Source: Polyangiaceae bacterium (GTDB lineage: Bacteria; Myxococcota_A; Polyangia; Polyangiales; Polyangiaceae). Taken from it: a DNA stretch of 64,000 nt. The translations under genes and the position numbers were made by a program. The stretch is from assembly GCA_044222475.1 (NCBI GenBank), contig JBGANF010000027.1, forward strand, positions 1 to 64,000. The letters run 5' to 3'. Numbering within the stretch: the stretch's first letter is position 1; each line of letters opens with the position of its first letter. The notes under the pieces were generated by a model. That model saw only the letters and a program-made list of their open reading frames with translations. It made no database searches and was not told the DNA's origin. Of this stretch, positions 19,283-29,606 are shown one piece after another.

Positions 19283-20524
19283 TCAGGGTTTGCCGAGTCG
19301 CACGACGATGCGACCGGCCTTGTCGGCGTAGCCCGCGCCCGCATCTCCGAAGTCGGGATCGTTCGCTCCGCCGGGTACGTTGCCCGCGCCGCTCGTGAGC
19401 GTCCCACCGTCGAACGGGTTGTACCCGCTCCCGCCCGCGCCGCCCGCGGCGAAGCTGTTGTAGTAGCTGCCGCTGCCGCCGCCGCCGTAGTACCCGCCAC
19501 CGCCACCGCCGCCGCCGCCGTAGCCGGTGCACGCGGCTCCGACTCCCGCGGCTCCACCCCCGGGAACACCACCCGCAGCTCCGCCGCCGAGTCCTCCGCC
19601 GCTGTTGCCGGCGCCGCCCTTGAACGCGGTACCCGACGCGCCGCCGCACAAGCCGAACGGTGCGCCACCAGCGTCCTGCTTGCCACCGGTGGCGCCACAG
19701 TTTCCGGTGGACGTCCCATCGCCCGCGAGACCACCGCCCGCGCCACCGGGGAAACCGATGTAGTAGGAGCTCAGGCACGTGCCGCTGCCTCCGCCGCCGC
19801 CGCCGCCCGCGAGGATCATCGGTCCGCCGTCGGGCGTGCGCAGCGCGGAGTAGCCGCCCCCGCCGCCTCCAGAGCAGGACCCCGTCCCGCCCGCCTTACC
19901 GATGTCGACGAGGAACGTCGATCCCGGATCGACCGGGAACGTCGCGCTGGCGAAACCTCCACCGCCGCCGGCCGCGCCGGCCCCCGCGCCGCAGTACCCG
20001 CCGGTCCCGCCGCCCGCGCCCCAGAGCTTCGCCGTGATGCTGGTCGTGTAGCTCGGGACGGTGAACGGTCCGCCGTCGAGGACGACGGCCGATCCGACGA
20101 GCACGCCCAAGTGGACCTGCTGGTTGATCGAGCCGCTCGTGCCGGTGATCACGATGTCGTAGTTCCCGGCGGCGATGGTCCCGGAAGCGGACAGGTCGAA
20201 CGTGCTGAGATTTCCCAGCGCGGGCGCCGGCTGCGACACGGTCAGACCGAGCTGCGGCGACACGGTGAAGTCGACCGTGCCGCCGAATGCGTTTCGGATC
20301 ACGTTGATCGTGACCAGGAACTTGTCGCCGGGATCCGCGGTGACGTGACCGGGTGCGAGCGTGAGCGTGAAGCTCCCCGGTGCGGCCTCGACGGAGCCGT
20401 CGGTGGCGCCGTCGGTGGCGCCGTCGGTTCCTGCGTCGCTTCCTGCGTCGGGTTCGCCATAGTCGCCGACGCAGTAGCAGAGCCCTGTCAGCGCGAGCGT
20501 CGTCAGGGCGAGGTATTTGCGCAT
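19283..20524 (-). CDS. Secreted/lipoprotein with Ig-like segment and glycine-rich domain
   Basis: Signal peptide with Cys, DAG/DGA linker, beta-rich segment, then KLWGAGGG...GGGGGGGGGYYGGGGSG...AGGAGGSGY...GRIVV. Confidence 0.8.
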   Translation of the reverse strand: MRKYLALTTLALTGLCYCVGDYGEPDAGSDAGTDGATDGATDGSVEAAPGSFTLTLAPGHVTADPGDKFLVTINVIRNAFGGTVDFTVSPQLGLTVSQPAPALGNLSTFDLSASGTIAAGNYDIVITGTSGSINQQVHLGVLVGSAVVLDGGPFTVPSYTTSITAKLWGAGGGTGGYCGAGAGAAGGGGGFASATFPVDPGSTFLVDIGKAGGTGSCSGGGGGGYSALRTPDGGPMILAGGGGGGGSGTCLSSYYIGFPGGAGGGLAGDGTSTGNCGATGGKQDAGGAPFGLCGGASGTAFKGGAGNSGGGLGGGAAGGVPGGGAAGVGAACTGYGGGGGGGGGYYGGGGSGSYYNSFAAGGAGGSGYNPFDGGTLTSGAGNVPGGANDPDFGDAGAGYADKAGRIVVRLGKP

Positions 20525-20563
20525 CGTGGGAGCCTATCCCACGGATTGCACCCCCGGAAAGCG

Positions 20564-23371
20564 TCAGAGGCGAAATGTCAGCGCCACCGACGAGCCGCCG
20601 CGGTCCACGACGATCGGTACTGCCTTCGTGCCCGCGCTCGCCAGGAGCAGCGCGAGGTAGCTCCTCACGATGCCGTTGCCCACCTCGGTCACGCTCTTGT
20701 CGCCGACCGTCATGAACACGTCGCCGGGTTTGACGCCGACGCGCTCGGCAGGGCCGCGCGGTTCGACGGCGACGACCCGTCGCGAGAACGGGTGATCGTC
20801 CGCGAGCGTGAGCCCCAACGTCCCGGTGTCGAGCGAGGGCTTCCCACGCAGATCGAGCCCCCACACCGTGACCGGCGTCTCGTCGTCCGGCGGAAAGCGC
20901 GCGACTCCACCTCGGACCGCGCCGTCGCCCATGCACCACGTGTAGAGCGGCGAGCGCGGGACGTCGCTGAACGTGAAACTTCCGCTCGCGTCGGTGAAGA
21001 CGAGGCCCGGCACGACGACCGGACTCCGCGTGTCGCCGAGGTCCGGCGCGAGCTGGCACCGCATGTCGGCGAGCGGTGCTGCGGTCACGAAGTCGAGCAC
21101 GCGGCCGCGCAGCGTTCGCTTCTCGGAGGCGACGAGCTCGATCTCGAGCGTCCCGTCGCCCGCGACGTCGACGGTCGTCTGCGCGGCCGCGTCGGGCGTG
21201 CTCGCCGCGACGTGATAGCGACCCCGCGACAGGCCATCGATGCGGAACCGCGCGCCATCCATCGTCGCCGGGTGGAAGTCCCACTCGTAGCCAGCGATGC
21301 TCCACGCCATGATCGACGGCGTCCTCGTGAAGCCCTTCAACGTGCCGGCGATCGCTCCCACCGGAGGGAGGACCAGCCGCAGCGGCGCGCTCGGGAGGCT
21401 CACGGGCTTCAGCTCGATCTCGCTTCCGCTCGCATCGATCGCCTTGACCGCGAACGGTCCGACGCCGAGCCCGCGGAGCGCGAACGTGCCGTCGCTCCCG
21501 GTGTACGTCGTCGCGATCGTCGGTGAGTGGCGCTCTGGGCGCGTCACGATCACGCGCGCGTCGCGAACCGCGCCGCCAGCGGCGTCGACGACCGCCCCGC
21601 CGAGCTCTTGCCTCCGACCTTTCACGACGAGGACGAGGTTGCCCGGCGTCACCGGGCCGCTCGCCGGAACCGTCAGCTCGGGAGCATTCACGGTGTCGAG
21701 CTCCGCCCCCGATTGGGTGACCTTCGCGCGGTAGGTCGCCGGGCCTCGCAGCGGACCTCCGCGAAACGTCCCATCGGCACCGGTGGTCGCCGACGCGCCG
21801 CCGTCCTCGGTCGAGGACGCGAGGGTGAACGAGACGCGCGCGCCATCTACGGGGTCTCCGTGATCGTCGACGACGCGGCCCAGCACTTGGCGCGCGGCCG
21901 CGAGGTCGAGGACGAGCGGCAACGCCTTCCCGTTAGGTGCAACCTGCACGTGTTCTTGAACCACGAAGTGGTCCTCGTGCTCGGCGTGGACGCGGTAGTC
22001 GCCGCCCTCGAGGCCGCGGAACTTGGCGACGCCGAGCGCGCTCGTCGTCCGCGTGTCGGACGATGCCGCGCCGCGGAGGTACACCGTCGCGTCGCGCACC
22101 GGGACGCCGTCGCTGCGCACCGTGACCTCGATCTCGGCTTTCGCGATCACGCGCACGACGAGATCGCGCAGCCCGTCGTCACCGACGCGAACGGTGCGCG
22201 GTGACTCGACCTCGTACGGGTCCACCTTGACGAAGAGGTTGCCGACCGGCGCGTCGTCGAGGACGAACTCGCCGGCGTCGTTCGTTCGCACCGCCGTCGC
22301 CCACTCGAACGTCGCCGAGAAACCGACGTTGATCGACGTGCGCGTGACCGGGCCGCTCGCGGAGACGACCTTCCCCGCGACCCGGACGCGGGCATCGAGC
22401 GGGACGGTGACGGTGGCGCGCGCGGAGGCGAACACGCCGACGTCGACCGGATGGTGCGACTTCGCGCCCGGAGCTCGGGCTTCGACCGTGTAGCTCCCCG
22501 GTGCGATGCGCGCGACGGTGAACGCGCCGTGCTCGTCGGCTTGGAGCTCGCGGACGAGCTCGCCGCTCGTTCGCACGGTGACGAGCGCCCACGGAATGGG
22601 AGCTCCGGCTCCCGCAGCGACCGTCGTCCCCACGATCGACGCCTCGGGCATGAGGACGACGTCCTGCCGCTGCGCGCCGCGCGGGGTCACGCTCTTGGTC
22701 CAGGGTCCGTAGCCATCGGCATCGACGCGAACCCGCACCGTCCGCGGCGGAACGCACAGCTCGAACCGCCCGTGGTCGTTCGCGACCGCGGCGTGGCTCG
22801 GAGCGTCCTCCAACGAGACCCGCGCGCCAGGCACCTCGCCGCCAGACGCGTCGCGGACGTCTCCATATATTTGCAGTTTACATGTTTCTAGGCGCAGCTC
22901 GACATCGTCCTTCGACGCGTCGCCGGGTACCACCGCCCACGCGGGAGCGAGCCCCTCGCCGGTCGCCGACACGCGATACCAGCCTCGAATGCGCGGCGCG
23001 TGCGCGACGAACGCGCCGCGCGCGTCGCTCGTGATCTCGAGCGGCGGCATCGCCCCCTCCGTCGTCAGCACGTCGCGGAGGACCACCGCGGTGTTCGGTG
23101 CCGGTTTGCCGTCGAGGTACACGCGACCGGAGAGATCGACGAACGCTCCGGGCTCGACGTACCAGTGCTCGGCGCCCGACGACCTTTCGCCGCTGGCGTT
23201 CGGCTCGACGACGCCTTCGTTGACGCCGGTCGCCACCGGACGCGCCGGAGAGCCGACCTCGGCGAACGACACGTCACCGATCCGTCCGCGATCGCGCGTG
23301 AGCCAGAGCGCGACGATCGCAGCGCACGCGACGACGAGGCCCGGCAAGCGAAGCGAAGCGAAGCGTTTCAC
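20564..23371 (-). CDS. Membrane-anchored protein with carboxypeptidase-regulatory-like repeats and C-terminal PDZ domain
   Basis: Repeated GRVVDxxGxPVxGAxV and TxxxGxF units; C-terminal VEPRGPAERVGVKPGDVFMTVG (PDZ). GTG start at 23371 before a TM. Confidence 0.82.
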   Translation of the reverse strand: MKRFASLRLPGLVVACAAIVALWLTRDRGRIGDVSFAEVGSPARPVATGVNEGVVEPNASGERSSGAEHWYVEPGAFVDLSGRVYLDGKPAPNTAVVLRDVLTTEGAMPPLEITSDARGAFVAHAPRIRGWYRVSATGEGLAPAWAVVPGDASKDDVELRLETCKLQIYGDVRDASGGEVPGARVSLEDAPSHAAVANDHGRFELCVPPRTVRVRVDADGYGPWTKSVTPRGAQRQDVVLMPEASIVGTTVAAGAGAPIPWALVTVRTSGELVRELQADEHGAFTVARIAPGSYTVEARAPGAKSHHPVDVGVFASARATVTVPLDARVRVAGKVVSASGPVTRTSINVGFSATFEWATAVRTNDAGEFVLDDAPVGNLFVKVDPYEVESPRTVRVGDDGLRDLVVRVIAKAEIEVTVRSDGVPVRDATVYLRGAASSDTRTTSALGVAKFRGLEGGDYRVHAEHEDHFVVQEHVQVAPNGKALPLVLDLAAARQVLGRVVDDHGDPVDGARVSFTLASSTEDGGASATTGADGTFRGGPLRGPATYRAKVTQSGAELDTVNAPELTVPASGPVTPGNLVLVVKGRRQELGGAVVDAAGGAVRDARVIVTRPERHSPTIATTYTGSDGTFALRGLGVGPFAVKAIDASGSEIELKPVSLPSAPLRLVLPPVGAIAGTLKGFTRTPSIMAWSIAGYEWDFHPATMDGARFRIDGLSRGRYHVAASTPDAAAQTTVDVAGDGTLEIELVASEKRTLRGRVLDFVTAAPLADMRCQLAPDLGDTRSPVVVPGLVFTDASGSFTFSDVPRSPLYTWCMGDGAVRGGVARFPPDDETPVTVWGLDLRGKPSLDTGTLGLTLADDHPFSRRVVAVEPRGPAERVGVKPGDVFMTVGDKSVTEVGNGIVRSYLALLLASAGTKAVPIVVDRGGSSVALTFRL

Positions 23372-23447
23372 GAACGCGCCCAAAAGCGCTGGCGAAGGCG
23401 TTCGACGATCCACCGAGGTTGAGGGGCCACGAGGCGTCTCGATCGGC

Positions 23448-24614
23448 TCAGGGGAAGTCGTCGACTCCGAGGCGGCGCGCCAGCCAGCGACCCAACGCGA
23501 CGACGAACGTTCGCTTGGGGAGCGCGATCCCGACGCGTAGGATCTCCACCAGCGTGGCCCGTTCGTCGAGGAATCGAAGCACACGATCGATCGGGTTTCG
23601 TCGCAGGAGCGCGGAGAACACCGCGGGGATGGCATCCGGGGTCGCGCTCCACACCTCGAGGAGGATCGCATCGAGCACGCCGTAGAGCCACGACCTGCGC
23701 GGCGGAACGAGCGGGTGCTCGTCGCGCACGAGCGAGGCCACGATCGCGGTGCAGTCATCGACGATGCGCGTCAACGCATAGCCCGACGACGGTTTGAGCA
23801 TCCCGGCGGCGATCCCGATCCGACGAACGCGCGCCCCGTCGTGCCACCGAAAGGGTTGCTCCGTCATCGGGCTGACGCCCGCTTCCTCGGCGACGAGCTC
23901 GGCGTCGTCGAGCCCGAACGCTCGGGACAGGTAGTCGCGCATCTGCGGCTCCGCCGCGACCGGCGCGAGGGTGACGAGCTCGACCAGCGCCTCACGCGGC
24001 GAGATCGGCAACACGTAGAAGAAGCCGGTGCCGGGCGTCGTGTCGGCACGAAAATCGAGCCACGTCGCGACCGCCGGCTCGAAGACGTCGCGCGTGGAGC
24101 GGACGATCCAGCCGTGGAAGTGCTGCTTCATGGAGTGATGACGGCGGAGGTCCACCTCGAGGTCACGGCGACGGAACCGCGAGTCGAACACCCACCGCGC
24201 GCGGAGCGTCTCGCCGGCGACGACGAGCGTCGCGCCTTCGCCGTCTTGCTGGATCGTCTCGAGTCGACCATCGATGACGCGATTGCGACGTGAAGCCCCG
24301 AGGCGCTTCTTCGTCTCTCGTTGGAGGTCGGCGAAGTAGAGCGTCTGGTAGGTGTGCTCGCCGAGCGGCAGATCGCAAGCTTCCGTGCCGTCATGAAAGC
24401 GCAGCGTGCGCCACCGGTGCGCGACGATGGGGTCGAGCGCGGTCGGCTCGGTGGTCCAGAACGAGAGCGTCCGCAGCTCGTCGTCGTCGCGTACGCCGTC
24501 GATCAGGAGGATGGAGCGATCGCGGAGGGGGCTCTCGGCGAGGAGCCAAGCGAGGGTGAGGCCCGATACTCCCGCGCCGACGATCGCGTAGTCGTAGACC
24601 GTCCGCTCGGTCAT
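23448..24614 (-). CDS. Lycopene cyclase family FAD-dependent protein (CrtY-like)
   Basis: YDYAIVGAGVSG, VFDSR, QHFHGW, FFYVLP, ALVE, GIAAGMLKPSSGY, RVLRFLDE; ATG at 24614. Confidence 0.85.
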   Translation of the reverse strand: MTERTVYDYAIVGAGVSGLTLAWLLAESPLRDRSILLIDGVRDDDELRTLSFWTTEPTALDPIVAHRWRTLRFHDGTEACDLPLGEHTYQTLYFADLQRETKKRLGASRRNRVIDGRLETIQQDGEGATLVVAGETLRARWVFDSRFRRRDLEVDLRRHHSMKQHFHGWIVRSTRDVFEPAVATWLDFRADTTPGTGFFYVLPISPREALVELVTLAPVAAEPQMRDYLSRAFGLDDAELVAEEAGVSPMTEQPFRWHDGARVRRIGIAAGMLKPSSGYALTRIVDDCTAIVASLVRDEHPLVPPRRSWLYGVLDAILLEVWSATPDAIPAVFSALLRRNPIDRVLRFLDERATLVEILRVGIALPKRTFVVALGRWLARRLGVDDFP

Positions 24615-25093
24615 CGGGGCTGCCCCAACACGCGCGCCTCTTCGGAGAAGAGCTCGTCGAGCAGCGACGCGATCCGAGCTTCGACCGAAGCCTTCGCGAG
24701 CGGCACGTCGAGATCGACCGAGGCCTGAAGGACGCGCAGCGTCCCGCCGTCGACCGGCGAGAGCTCGTAGCTCCCACGACAGCGCACCCGCGACCGAAGG
24801 CGCGACGGAAGGTCGGGCACCACTTCGAACGTCCCACGATGGTACGACCGATCCCACGTCACGACCTCTCGCCACCCGACGGTCCCAAAGCGTCCGAGGA
24901 GCGGAATCGCGCCACGAACGATGAAGTGCGCCGTCCGCACGACGGCTCGCTCGCGTTCCTCTCGGTCGATCTCTTCGCCGCTGGCGAGCAGCTCGCTCTC
25001 CCGCGCGAGGCGCTCCACGAAATCGGGCGCCAGCAGGCTTCGCTCGACGTCGGCGAGCGGACGCGCGATCCGGTGCTCGAAACGAAGGTCCAC
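24611..25093 (-). CDS. SRPBCC/START-like (DUF2505-like) protein
   Basis: 160 aa from GTG 25093; WREVVTWD, CRGSYEL, VDLDVPL..VEARI pattern; stop overlaps the cyclase start. Confidence 0.62.
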   Translation of the reverse strand: MDLRFEHRIARPLADVERSLLAPDFVERLARESELLASGEEIDREERERAVVRTAHFIVRGAIPLLGRFGTVGWREVVTWDRSYHRGTFEVVPDLPSRLRSRVRCRGSYELSPVDGGTLRVLQASVDLDVPLAKASVEARIASLLDELFSEEARVLGQPR

Positions 25094-25165
25094 CGCTCGC
25101 GGTTGTCGCCCAATCGGCTCGTGCTGTCGACCATCACGAGCGAGGCGCAGTAGGATGGTCGCCGG

Positions 25166-25465
25166 ATGCCGAAGCCGCCCCGCGTACCCGACAAGCCGCC
25201 GCCCGATCTCGAGGCCGTCGTCCTCGAAGACGGATCGATGCTCGTGTCGTACTCGGCTCAAGCAGTTTCGCTTCCGAAGACGCTCACGACTGCAGAGCGC
25301 GCGGTCGCGAGCCTCGCCCTCGCCGGCCACGACAACGCGGCGATCGCGCGGCTCCGCGGGACGTCGGTGCGCACGGTCGCGAACCTCCTCGCGCGCTGCT
25401 TTCGCAAGCTCGGCGTGAGCTCTCGCGCGGAGCTCGCAGCGCTCGTCCACGGAACGAAGGCCTGA
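25166..25465 (+). CDS. Small LuxR-family HTH regulator
   Basis: LTTAERAVASLALAGHDNAAIARLRGTSVRTVANLLARCFRKLGVSSRAEL. Confidence 0.88.
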   Translation: MPKPPRVPDKPPPDLEAVVLEDGSMLVSYSAQAVSLPKTLTTAERAVASLALAGHDNAAIARLRGTSVRTVANLLARCFRKLGVSSRAELAALVHGTKA

Positions 25466-26856
25466 TGGCGGACACGACGGAAGAGGTGCGAAAGGAGCGC
25501 GCGCCGGAGGAAGCCGAGCGCGCCCTCGCGCTGGTGATCCTGTGGGCGCGCGAGCCGGGCCGGCTCGGCGAGACGATGTTCGTCGATCGCCCGGCGTCGC
25601 TCGGACGAGGCCCCGCTGCGGAGGACGACGTGAAGCGCCTCGTTCCGGTGCGTCAGCGTCCCGGTTCGAACGAGCCGCGCGCGCCCTTCGCGAGCACGAC
25701 GATGTCGCGCGAGCAGCTCGTCGTCGAGCCCGACGGCAATCGCATCCGAATGACCAACCGTGGTCGCCGTCAGCTGTTCGACGCCCGCGGCACGGCGTCG
25801 ACGTCGCTCGTGGTCACGCCGGGTGACGTCGTCGAAGTCGAAGACGAAGTCGTCTTGATGGCCGTCGAGCGTCCCCGACTCTGGCCGAAGGCCACCCCAG
25901 GCGCGGACTACCCGTCACCGGAGTTCGCCGAGCCCGACGTGCTGGGCATCGTCGGCGAGTCCGAGTCCGCCTGGGCGCTCCGCGGAGCGGTCGCGTTCCT
26001 CGCCGCGCGCGCCGCGCACGTGCTCTTGCTCGGGCCGAGCGGCTCGGGGAAGGAGCTCGTCGCGCAGGGCATCCACGCGCTCTCGAGCCGAGGAAAGAAG
26101 AAGCTCGTCTCGCGCAACGCGGCGACCTTCGTCGACACCCTGGTCGACGCCGAGCTCTTCGGGACGGCGGCGAACTTTCCCAACCAAGGCATGCCCGAGC
26201 GCATCGGGCTCGTGGGCGAGGCGGAGGGCTCGACGCTGTTCTTCGACGAGATCGGCGACCTTCCCGAGGCGCTCCAGACGCGCCTCCTTCGTCTCCTCGA
26301 TCCCGGCGCGGACTACCAGCGGCTCGGCGATCCGCGGAAACGAACGGCGCAGTTTCGGTTCATCGGAGCGACTCATCGACCGCTGGCGAGCTTGCGACCC
26401 GACGTGGCGGCGCGTCTCAAGCTCCAGCTCACCGTCCCCGGTCTCGACGAGCGACGAGAGGACGTTCCGCTGATCGCGCGCGCGGTGATGAAGCGGATCG
26501 CGCGCGAGGACCCCGCCATCGGTGCGCGCTTCTGCGAGCCCGAACCGCGCCTGTCGCCTGCGCTGGTTCGCGCGCTCTCGTCCCGCACGTACACCACCCA
26601 CGTGCGCGAGCTCGAGGCGCTGCTCTGGCGCGCGATCACGTCCGCGAAAGGCGACACCCTCGACGTGACGCCGGAGCTCGCGTCCGCGCTCGCCGTCGCC
26701 CGACCGCGCGCGGAGGAGATCTCTCGCGAGGACGTGGTCGCCGCGCTCGAGCGGGCCGGAGGCGTGCGTGAGCGAGCGTGGCGGGAGCTGGGTCTCGCGA
26801 ACCGCCACGTCCTGAAGCGCCTCCTCAAGAAGCACGGTATCGACGACACCGACTGA
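25465..26856 (+). CDS. Sigma54-type enhancer-binding protein (FHA-like N-terminus, AAA+, Fis-like HTH)
   Basis: LGRG..SREQL FHA-like region, GPSGSGKELVA, ELFG, TLFFDEIG, QTRLLRLLD, VRELE, C-terminal HTH. Confidence 0.9.
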   Translation: MADTTEEVRKERAPEEAERALALVILWAREPGRLGETMFVDRPASLGRGPAAEDDVKRLVPVRQRPGSNEPRAPFASTTMSREQLVVEPDGNRIRMTNRGRRQLFDARGTASTSLVVTPGDVVEVEDEVVLMAVERPRLWPKATPGADYPSPEFAEPDVLGIVGESESAWALRGAVAFLAARAAHVLLLGPSGSGKELVAQGIHALSSRGKKKLVSRNAATFVDTLVDAELFGTAANFPNQGMPERIGLVGEAEGSTLFFDEIGDLPEALQTRLLRLLDPGADYQRLGDPRKRTAQFRFIGATHRPLASLRPDVAARLKLQLTVPGLDERREDVPLIARAVMKRIAREDPAIGARFCEPEPRLSPALVRALSSRTYTTHVRELEALLWRAITSAKGDTLDVTPELASALAVARPRAEEISREDVVAALERAGGVRERAWRELGLANRHVLKRLLKKHGIDDTD

Positions 26857-26888
26857 TCTCTCTGGTCACCGGGCCCTGACGTTGGGAC

Positions 26889-27825
26889 TCAGAAGCGGAC
26901 GACCAGCGGCGCGAATGCGGCGGACTTCGCTGGCTTCGACGTGAGAAACAGGAACGTCGAGACCCCCAGCGCTACGACGGTCGTGATGACGAGGACGTCG
27001 GTGGTGATCGCGAGCGACTGAGCGGTCGCGTGCGCGTCGACCCCGGCCACGCTGCAGCGCCCGTTCGGGCACTCCGCGTCGCTCGCCGCTTCGCGGTTCA
27101 GCGCGAGAGCGCCGGTGACGATGGCACCGGTCAGCAGCGCGAGCCCGACGCCACCGACGACCCAAGCCGCGGTGCGTCTTCCCGCGCCCAGCGTCACCGG
27201 GGTCTCCACGTGTGGAGGTGGAGGCGGTGGCATCGGTCCGAGCACGATCGGACCCGGGGGCGGCGGCTGCGCAACGACCTCGGGCACGACGAGCGACACG
27301 TCGGTACCGCTCGCGACGAACGGGATCGTCCGCGCAACGCCGCCGGCGCTGAACCCGATCGTGTGGTCTCCGCGGTCGACGGTGACGACCCCATCGCGAA
27401 AGGCGCGAGGCTCGCCGTCGATCGTGACGTCGCGCACGTCCTCGGGTCGCGTCCCGGCGAGGCGAACCAACGTGACGCGATCACGAATCGCGTCGGCGTG
27501 ATCGAGCGCGACCTTGCGGCGGTCGGGCTTCCCCGAGGCCTCGTAGTGGGCCACCGCGAGGAGGTAGGCATCGTAGGCCCGAGCCCACTTCCCGAGGTGC
27601 TCGTAGCAGTATCCGAGGTTCAGCGCCGTGCCGCCCGACGCCTCGAGGTGATCACTCGCTTCGAGCTTCGGGCACGCCTCTTCGTAGCGACCGCCCTCCA
27701 TGGATCGGACGGCTGCATCGAACAGAGACTGCGCGGTGGGCGCCGGCTCGTCGGCCCAACTTGGTACGACCGACGCGCCGAGCGCGAACGCGCCGGCGAG
27801 GACCGCGACGGCAAACCGGGTGCGC

Positions 27826-27839
<14 letters not shown>
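26889..27839 (-). CDS. Exported TPR / PEGA-like protein with C-terminal TMs
   Basis: Signal peptide, ACPKLEAS, GTALNLGYCYE, VTIDG..GDHTI, two C-terminal hydrophobic helices. Confidence 0.8.
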
Positions 27840-29058
<1,219 letters not shown>

Positions 29059-29180
29059 GTCCCAGCGGTAGGGTAGTCGAGGCACCGGAGGGGCGCCATC
29101 GCGACGGGCGCGCGCGGGCGGTGCGCGGGCGCGCCCGCTCCGGGCTCGGCAGAAACGCGCACTTTCCGGGCTGGAGCGCG

Positions 29181-29196
29181 GTGCACGATCCTTGCT
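29181..29196 (+). promoter_or_regulatory. Possible sigma54 -24/-12 promoter (variant) for the LuxR gene
   Basis: GTGCACGATCCTTGCT versus consensus TGGCACG-N4-TTGCW. Spacing is right but the GG reads TG. Confidence 0.35.
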
Positions 29197-29209
29197 CTTC
29201 CCAACGACC

Positions 29210-29560
29210 ATGACCCACCTCGTAGGGGACGACGTGTGGAGCTCGATCCTCAGCGGCGACCGCGCGATCGTCGATTCCTTCGAGCTCGATGGCCGCGTGT
29301 ACCTGCGCGTGCGACCGCGGTCCGAGGCGGCGCCGCCGGCGCGAAGGCTCTCGGGTCGCGAAGCGCAGGTGCTCGCCGGGGTGGCGATGGGGCGGGCGAA
29401 CAAAGTGATCGCCTACGAGCTCGGCCTGTCGGAGTCGACGGTCTCGGCGTACGTGAGGCGCGCGTCCGCGAAGATGGGCGCGACCTCGCGGGTCGGGCTC
29501 GTGCGGGCGTGGCGTGAGCTCGCCGATGCGCAGGCACTCGCGGCGCCGCGCGCCGCGTGA
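29210..29560 (+). CDS. LuxR-family HTH regulator
   Basis: LSGREAQVLAGVAMGRANKVIAYELGLSESTVSAYVRRASAKMG; ATG at 29210. Confidence 0.88.
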   Translation: MTHLVGDDVWSSILSGDRAIVDSFELDGRVYLRVRPRSEAAPPARRLSGREAQVLAGVAMGRANKVIAYELGLSESTVSAYVRRASAKMGATSRVGLVRAWRELADAQALAAPRAA

Positions 29561-29606
29561 GCGTGGCGGGCTTTCGTTCGGTCGACTACGCTTCTCTCGC
29601 TGCTCG

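Noticed and set aside
22861..22890. Short AT-rich patch inside the PDZ-protein gene
   Set aside because: Only ~30 nt and in frame; no evidence of an insertion or promoter.
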